DNA from: Enoplolaimus lenunculus
Lineage: Eukaryota
Direction of reading: 5' to 3'
DNA length: 64,000 nt
Assembly: GCA_030248215.1 (NCBI GenBank)
Contig: JASANG010001881.1
Location: 248,001-312,000 of the forward strand
In this document: positions 52,101-61,100 of the stretch, piece after piece
Position numbering within the stretch: position 1 is the first letter of the stretch
How the letters are laid out: every line of letters begins with the position of its first letter
Notes under the pieces: model-generated
The model's database searches: none
Seen by the model: only the letters and a program-made list of their open reading frames with translations
What the model was told of the DNA's origin: nothing
Translations under genes and position numbers: made by a program

Positions 52101-55100
52101 TTACTATCCGAGTTTAGCTTTACCTCGACATACTGGTGCACCATAATTGTACGTATGATCCGCCTGACAGGTAAGTACAGCGTTAGGACCCACTAAATGA
52201 AACGATGCATCGCACGAGAAAGTTGCGGTTGAGCCTTCATAGACTGGAGTTGTGCTGAATACCACGGTGCCATTTCCAATCTGGATCGATGATGAACATT
52301 GTGCTACAATTCAAAAAATAGTTGAAATATCACTAAACTGTTTCAGCGCAAGCTTTTAGCTGGGGCTCCTGTACATTTTGATCAACAATTAAGGTTAAGG
52401 CTTTAGGCTTAGGCTTTGGCTAAACCAAAAATTTAGTTAAAACTTTAGGCTAAGGCTTAATTAAAGGATTACGTCAGGCTTAGGCTTATAAGTAAGTCTG
52501 TTTCTATCGCATAAGTGACCAATGTAAGGAACACGACCGTAACAGTAGTACGAGCATATTCCTAAGCCTAAGGCCAAGCTTGGACCTAAGCTCAACCTTA
52601 AATGTTGTGAAAGAGCTCTAAAGCCTTAGTTGGTTTATGGATTTCGTATCTGATCCGCAGACAGGCGATTGATGTAAGATTGTATCCGAACAACAGTAAC
52701 CCATATATTTTTGGTGCGGAACAATTTTTAACAACCAGGCCCGCTGAAATTAGAGCGCCAATCAGAATCGAAAGAAAAATGTAGAGGTGACACTGAGACA
52801 TCCCAAAACTTTTATGCCAGAAGTAACCAATCAAATCCCATTATTTTGGACTAGTCCAAAGTTGAATCAACCTGGATTACGGCTATCAGCTAACCAATCA
52901 AATCACGCGCAGTTCAATCAGACATAATTTCGCCATGGACTAAACCAAGTCGCAATTCGGCTTTCGACTAGCCCAATTCGGATTGCGCTGATTTACGACT
53001 TGGACTACAACATATACACCACTTCTGAATTGAAATCCTGGTTAAGCCGATGGTAAAAAATTGGTTACCTTTACAAACCGGAGGGGTACGATCATAAGTG
53101 CCCCCACGAAGGCATGTCAATGTTGCATCGCCAAGCATATAATAATTGTTGTCACAAGTATAAGTGATGTTCACACCGTTTATAATCGGAGTTGCGGTTG
53201 TAGTTAAAACGTGAGATGAGAACGGAACCACAGGGACAGGCGGACAGATTTCTAAAATCAAACACAATAATTGGATTGCGATACAACAAAGATCGTGGGA
53301 CTTGATCCCATAGCAAAAAATGATTTAGGCGTCTCGACTATGTTTAGGTAAAATCACATGGCGAATGGTTATAAACAGTATCTGAACAAGTCGTTTTGTT
53401 AACGTTTAATATAAGTTTACTCTATTGCAGTCGCACAGAAAAACGTTCCGCCCCTGATCTTTACACGGACCAAAGTGTAAATAGTTTTTGAAAATTCAAC
53501 GTTCGATCGTTTATAATCTTATTAAAGCACTTGTAAGTTTTAGAAATTTGTTAAATGACACAAGAAAACTTTCGAAGGAAACGAGCAATAAGCGAGACAT
53601 AAACAGGAATAACGCAATGCTGAACTTGAATTTACGCCAAAGGCGCAACATTTTTTGAAATCGCATGGTGGATTGCGTTTTCCGATGGGCCGAGGTGTCC
53701 GAGGCCCCCCTGACTTATGAAAATATTGGCGGAGTGGGAGCAACGGCAGAACTGGTTACGGCATCTGGTAATATATCACATCAAGTCGTACACTGAAGAA
53801 TTTTGCATTCAGAATACGCTTAGGCTTAGGCTTAGGTTTAGAATATTTGCAGTACTTTCTTATTAAAAAGAATCATTTTTTAAATTTTCTTACTTTCACA
53901 AACAGGATAGTCACCATCATACAAGCCGCTTAACAAACAAGTCAAACTTTGACTGCCAACCAAGTAATATCCGGTGTCCGCGGTGTACGCAACGGAAACC
54001 TGATCAATGATTGGCGACGATGTCACATTGTATCCACAGTTCGCCGAAACCGGACTCGGGCATATTTCTGAAAATATATTTTCCCACGCTACAGTGCGAC
54101 CCATGGTCAACTGGGAAAGGTTCTCCACGGTACGGACCAACGATACGTCGGACTTGAACGATTTTCCCATGATACTTATCGACGCACATTGGACTAGAAC
54201 AATTTTCCCACGATACTTATCGACGGACATTGGACTAAAACATTTTTCCCACGATACTAATCGACGCACATTGGACTAGAACAATTTTCCCACGATACTG
54301 ATCAACGCACATTGGACTAGAACAATTTTCCCACGGTACTGATCGACACACATTGGACTAAAACAATTTTCCCACGGTACTTATCGACGGACATTGGACT
54401 AAAACATTTTTCCCACGATACTAATCGACGCACATTGGACTAGAACAATTTTCCCACGATACTGATCAACGCACATTGGACTAGAACAATTTTCCCACGG
54501 TACTGATCGACACACATTGGACTAAAACAATTTTCCCACGGTACTTATCGACGCACACTGGAGTAGAACAATTTTCCCACGATACTTATCGACGCACATT
54601 GGACTAGAACATTTTTCCCATGATACTTATCGACGCACATTGGACTAGAACAATTTTCCCACGGTACTTATCGACACACTTTGGACTAGAAAAATGTTCC
54701 CACGGTTCTTATCGACACACATTGGACTAGAAAAATGTTCTCACGGTTCTTATCGACACACATTGGACTAGAAAAATGTTCGCACGGTACTTATCGACGC
54801 ACATTGCACTAGAAAAATGTTCCCACGGTACTTATCGACGCACATTGGACTAGAAAAATGTTCCCACGGTACTTATTGACGTACGTTGGAGAAGAAACAC
54901 CACGGTACGGATTCAAGCATGTCAGATTGGCAAGAAAAATAAAACATTTTGACTTACTTTTACAGACAGGTTGTGCAAAATTATAAACTCCATGAAACTG
55001 ACACGTTAGCACAGTTTCACCGATCATGTGATAACCACTGTTACACGTATACGTCAGTGTTATGGGTTCAATTATTGGAGTTGACGTATCGCTAATGACA

Positions 55101-58100
55101 ACTGACGAATTTGTAACCAGCGGTGGATCGGAACAAATTTCTGAAATTAAATTTAAATTTTCTTTTTAGGCCGCGCCAACCCACCGTTTGCCTTTTTAGA
55201 ATAATCCAGGGGGGTACCAACAAGCTTCAATCAGAATAGCCCAGTGGACAAAGTACAATCGATGATACTTGAGTTATTCACTCAAATGACGTTACGCACA
55301 GCGGATGTCCTTGAAAATATTTTTCTCGTCTTATCAGCTAACTTTGATGGTATGGGTTACCTTCACCACATATATCCTGATAGCTAACAGCGTCGACTTA
55401 CTTGCACAAACGGGCGCCCCAAAATCGAACGTTTCTCGATCCAAGCATGTAAGCATTGAGTTACCGACCAGATAATAGCCAAGATTACACGAATAGGTAA
55501 CTGTGCTATTTTCAACTACAGGGTCACTGCTTGCTACGTAAGAACCATTCGGAACGTTTGATATTGTATCACATCGGCCTGAAAAAAATTCAAAAATTCA
55601 AATTAAAAATTTAATAAAATTCAGAGGTGGTAATAAGGGGTCGCATGGTCAGTCCCAGGCTCCGGGTGAATTTTTGCCGGGGTTTCGAATTTTTTGTACT
55701 TTAGTCTGTTCGTAAATTTCGGGCAATTTTCGTACAGTAAATTGTCGAAATATGTGAAAAATTGTAATCACAATAATTGTTTTTGGTCATCACTTTATGG
55801 ATTATTAAAATTTCAAAAATTCGTGTAACTTTAGCCATTTAATTTTATTACATCTCCAACGCTGGCTTCGGGTTCGGTTGCGGTTCCGGGTTTATCACTT
55901 TCTGCTGCACTTGAATATTTAAATAATTGTGCTGAGTTTTCAAAAACATTGTGCTTGGTATTGGTAAACAGTTGCCGAACCGAAAACACAACACATAAAC
56001 TGTAGTATGCTTTAAAGTTTCGAACTCAACTTTATTTGGTTCTGGAAACATTTATGCACTACAATTAGACATAATTGACATTTATGGACTCTAATTAGGG
56101 TTCAGTGACTCTATCCGCTTACGGACTCTTATTGCAATTACGGGCTCCTATTGAATGGTACTCAGAATACGGACCCCCTCTTATTACCCCACTCTTATTC
56201 GGGTCCCTACTGTAGGTGCTTATTACATTGACTTACAAAAAAACCTAAATACATTAAAAATGTTTAAGGCAGGGATCACAACCAAATACTGTATTAAGGT
56301 TTACCACTTAGGCCGTCCCCCATTTCCGAAATTTGTGCACCCACCACAGCCCTGAACACAAAACTCACCGAGACACATCGGAACACTAATGTTATACAAA
56401 CCAGTGTCCAGGCACTCCAAAACAGAAGATCCTACCATAAACCAGCCGTCATTGCATATATAAGTAGTTGTCATACCTTCGTACATTGGTGAGGCACTGT
56501 CAGAAACACTGCCGTCTGATATAGTTGCACCCGCTGGGCAAATTTCTAAAATTACAAAGTTAATGATTTAACAAAATGTTTGAAAAATGTTAAATTTTGA
56601 AAATTACATAGCTAGGCTTTTGGTAAAATTTTAAAAGATAGGTAAATCTTGAAAATTATATAGCTCGGGTGGCCCATGTATAGAACAAGTTCTCCCCAGT
56701 TTTACGGGTAATATCTCAATTTTCCAATATCCCAAAATCCCAATTTCCCAAAATCCCGAGCAAAAAAAAATGCGCCGAAAATTGCAATGTCTCGGCGAAG
56801 GCAAAATCCATATTTCTCAAAATCCCAATTTCTCGGGTATATCCCAATATCAAAATTTCCCAAAATTAGGAGCGAAACAGGTTCCGCCCGAAATCGGAAT
56901 TTCCCGACAGAATCCCAACTTCCCTGGTAATATCCGCGGATTTTTGCAGGGACCTCTCCAGTACATGGGCCGCTAGAGTTTGGATAAAATTATTGAAAAC
57001 TGATATCACTCGACAATTGCCATACCTTACATGTGGTTTGATAAAATCTTAAATATATTAACTTTTCAAATTAATTTAAAAATTTGAGGGCGAGATTCTG
57101 TCACAAGATATTCCGTTTCATCTGCGCCTGTTGCACAGTCTTCCAAAAGTATACAAACCTCAGTAATTTGATGAAATTTGAGAACAAAATACATTTTATA
57201 AAATTATATAAAAGCTGAAAAAATAATTGGTTAAAGTTTTTAAATATTTCAAATAAAACTGTTATCAGCAAGCAATTGTTTTTGCTTTTCAAATATTTAA
57301 TTTATTGTTAAACACCCAAGTCTGACAGGTTTTAGGGACAAAACATTTTGCCCTTTCTGGCACCGTTAAAAGTACCCCTACCGGCAGAACACGCGAGTCA
57401 AACGCTAGTGTTTACCCCAAACAATGATGGTACTCAATCTATATTAATAACATTAACGAAGAAAAGTGCTAACTACGTCTACTTTATAACAAGAGTGCAT
57501 GGTTCAAGAGTGAGCAACTCTTGGAGTTCCGCATGGTACAAAATGTACCACCGGGCGTTGCGTTTTTGGCCGACCTTCCTTGTTTAGAGGGGGGTCGGTA
57601 TCACATGAAAACCCCTAAATTATACAATTACGGAAGCATGTTTGATGCCGCATACATAAAGTGCCATGGTTCGCACCTGGTGTGCTCCTTCTAAATAAAG
57701 GGGGGTAGGGTAAAAACGCAACGCGTGCCGGATACATTCTTTTCTACACAGAATGTGCTCAGTTTCATACTCTTGTTAAACCGCGATTATCCACTCTTGG
57801 TAATAGCAAATGGAAATAATTGCAGGATGATGCAACCGGTTCGTGGATTACGCGAACATTTCGATTTGAGTTCATCGCAGTAGCGAGGATTTTTGAAGAA
57901 ACTGGACGTCTTAAAGTTGGATCAAAGGGGGTTTCTTAATTTGCCTACTGAAAAAGTGTCTAAAACCCAAACATGGCAAAAAACAGCGGAATGAGTTCTG
58001 AACCATAAAGACATTTCTTGGCTAAGTTTCTGCTTTGCTGGGTTTACTTTGACAAATTGGTTCGTCATAATCGTAAGTTCCGTTCAGTTGACACGTGAGT

Positions 58101-61100
58101 ACAGGTTGACCAAGCATGTGATATCCAGAATCACAAGTATACGTTATGAAAATTCCGTCAATAACATCCGCATCCGGTACACTTTGAGTGAATGACCCGT
58201 TAATCAACGTCGGAGCCGGACATATTTCTAGAATTTAAGTACTTTTTCCACTACACTAATGCTAATTTGATACAAGTCGAACATTTCTCAATATTATTAA
58301 TCATTTCTGTCGTAAGTCTAAGCATAAGCCTAAGCTTAACTCTATTTTACCGGTACGTTATCTGCAAGGGGGTAAACGTTTTGGCCCATGTACAGAACAG
58401 GGCCGGATCGTTTTCCGCAGGGGCTATAATAGAGTCAGATTAAGCTTTAGACTAAGTTTTTTGCTTACGCTTAGGCGTAGAGTTAGGCTTAGGCTTAGGA
58501 ATATGCATATACTACTGTTCCGACCCTGTTCTATACATGAGCCAACGTTTTGATGACAGTGATTCAGTACCAGACAATTATTTACTACAAACAAAATTTT
58601 GCGCACATTATGTTTTAACCATTTCTCGCATGAATATTTTCTATTTTAGCAGACTCGAACACATGTCTCAAGCCAAGAAGATGTTTGCCATCAAAACTCA
58701 GATATAGCAGCTTGACGCTCGAGTGCGTGTATGCTCACGTGTGGTGAAGATTTTGTACTGCATATACGTGTATTAATTATGCAAACTGCACAATAACTTG
58801 CGTGCAACATCGGTTGCTGAAACAGGAAGCTTGGAAGATTCAGGGATATGCGATCCTTGACTGATTAAAATCGCTCGCTACAGTTGCCGATTCCCTACTT
58901 TTGAGGCGTTCGCAGGTTTATCTTATTGAAATATCTTATTACTATTCATCTGGTTGAAATCTTAGCCTGTATTCTCACATGTGTGTAGCACCTATTACCA
59001 GTTGGTGACAAGTCCTGTAACTTTCGAATCAGAGGATTGCGAGATGAAAATTGAGCACATTTGTTGTATTCGATTTATACTGTACTTCTGTGTAAATTTG
59101 AGATCTGCAAGTGCAGCAGTTCGTTCAGTTTGAAAACCTATTACTAACCTGATGGTAGGTGCTATATTCAATTGAGAATATAGGCCATGATCACTAGCTG
59201 GACTCTACTCAATGTAGAGAATGACTTATAAACAGAAATTGAAATTTTTTCCGTTAACCATTTCTCTTAATACCAGATCAAGATATAACCATTAATAATG
59301 AACTTACTTTTGCAAACAGGTGCTGTGTAATCGTAAACTGCCGAACGCAGGCATGTAAGTACCGGTTGACCCACCAAGCTGTACCCGGAAGTGCAAGTAT
59401 ACGTTGCATTAACCGGATATATGATAGGAATCGACGTATCTGATAGTAAATACGATGCGTGTTCAACATCCGCCGGATTTGAGCATATTTCTGAAACAAA
59501 TAAATATTCAAAAATGTATGGCTTTGTTTGAGAAAACTTGAAAAATATAATCACAACTTTTCGTTTTTCAAATGTTGCATCATTTGAAAAATTTAGTGTT
59601 TCCAAAAATCGAATTTTTCAAAAATTTAAAATCTGGGCACTAATATTAAGCTAAAGCGGTTATAATTAATGCCTAAATAACGTTTTGACAAAAAAGCCAC
59701 TTTATTAATATCAATTTGCTATTCGTTTTTAATTTTTGAATTTCGCCTGAAACGGGATTAAAACAGTGTTTTATTGTTGACACAATTATTAAAATCTCAA
59801 AAACTTGAAATATGGCAAAATTTTCTCAGTTGGATATGAATGAAACCAACGTACCAGCACAATATGGGGCGGGCGAATCAAATATTCGGTCCTTTGTACA
59901 CATAAGGGTGCCGGAGCCTTCAAGGAAAAAACCCGAGTCACACGTATACGTTACCGTTGAATTTTGAATTATTGGAGTTGAACTTTGAACGTAAGTTGAA
60001 TTGATGACACCAGGAACGGTGGAACAAATGCCTGAAAATGTACATTTGAACTTTATTTCAAGAGCAGATACAGGGAATGACTCGGTCAATAATATATAGC
60101 CCCCTCTTTGAACGTAGCTAATACTAGGAATGAACACAAGCTTAGCTTGTTTTGCGAAGCTTTCAGGGTTCAGAATCTACATTTACGAATTAACATACCC
60201 AAAGTTACCCCCTATCAATAATTCTAGATTAGCCAATTAAAATATAGTTCATTAACTGTAACCCCCAATGCTATTTGTTTAAAAAAAGTTCACACAAAAC
60301 TATTAAAATTAGCAACACCCTTGTTTCGGATATTTGATAATACACAAGCTTTAATCACCAAGTCAACTGGTACAATAGATGCTACACACATTTGAGAATA
60401 AACATCACCGATTTACCTGAACAAAACGGCAGGGTCAAATCGTAGCCGCCTGTCGGTGTACACTGCCGTGTTGGCGTCCCAACCAAATGATAACCACTGT
60501 CGCACGCAATATCAACGGAAACTGTTTCGTAAATCACAGAAATTGACGAGTCAACAAAACTCCAAGATCCGTTTGTAATACTGGGTGTAAAGCAGATTTC
60601 TAAAAAAATAAAATATTTTTATTATTAATTTTAACCCTTTCTCACATGAATATTTTCTATTGTCCCTGAGACCTATTTTTATGCTAGGATTAGAACTCCA
60701 GTGACTGGAGTGGAGGCGTATACCATCACCACTCAGCTATAGGAGCTTGACGCTCGAGTCCGAGGGGGCTCTCACGTCTTGTGGTGATTTAGTACTATGT
60801 ATACGTGTTGCAATTGTTAAACACGATGCGATATATATTATTTAACGTACATACACTGCGCTAAGTTGCCTTGTCATTTTTATATGAAAAATACTGATTA
60901 TATAGAAGCAGGGAAGAAACTAAGGAGGCCTGAATTTTCCACTAAGCGCCTGATCGTTTTTAATATTTTTCAAAAATTTATTTTAAAAATAGTTTTCTTT
61001 ATTATCGACCTAAAAGCTATCGCCATCCTCGGTGGACAATCCCGAAATTCAGTTCTGTGTGAAATGACTGTTTAGCAGTGGTCCATAGCAGGATATACAA

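Noticed and set aside
51404..54882. Regular repeats as possible CRISPR arrays
   Set aside because: Head-to-tail units with no unique spacers, in introns of a eukaryotic gene, and no cas genes.
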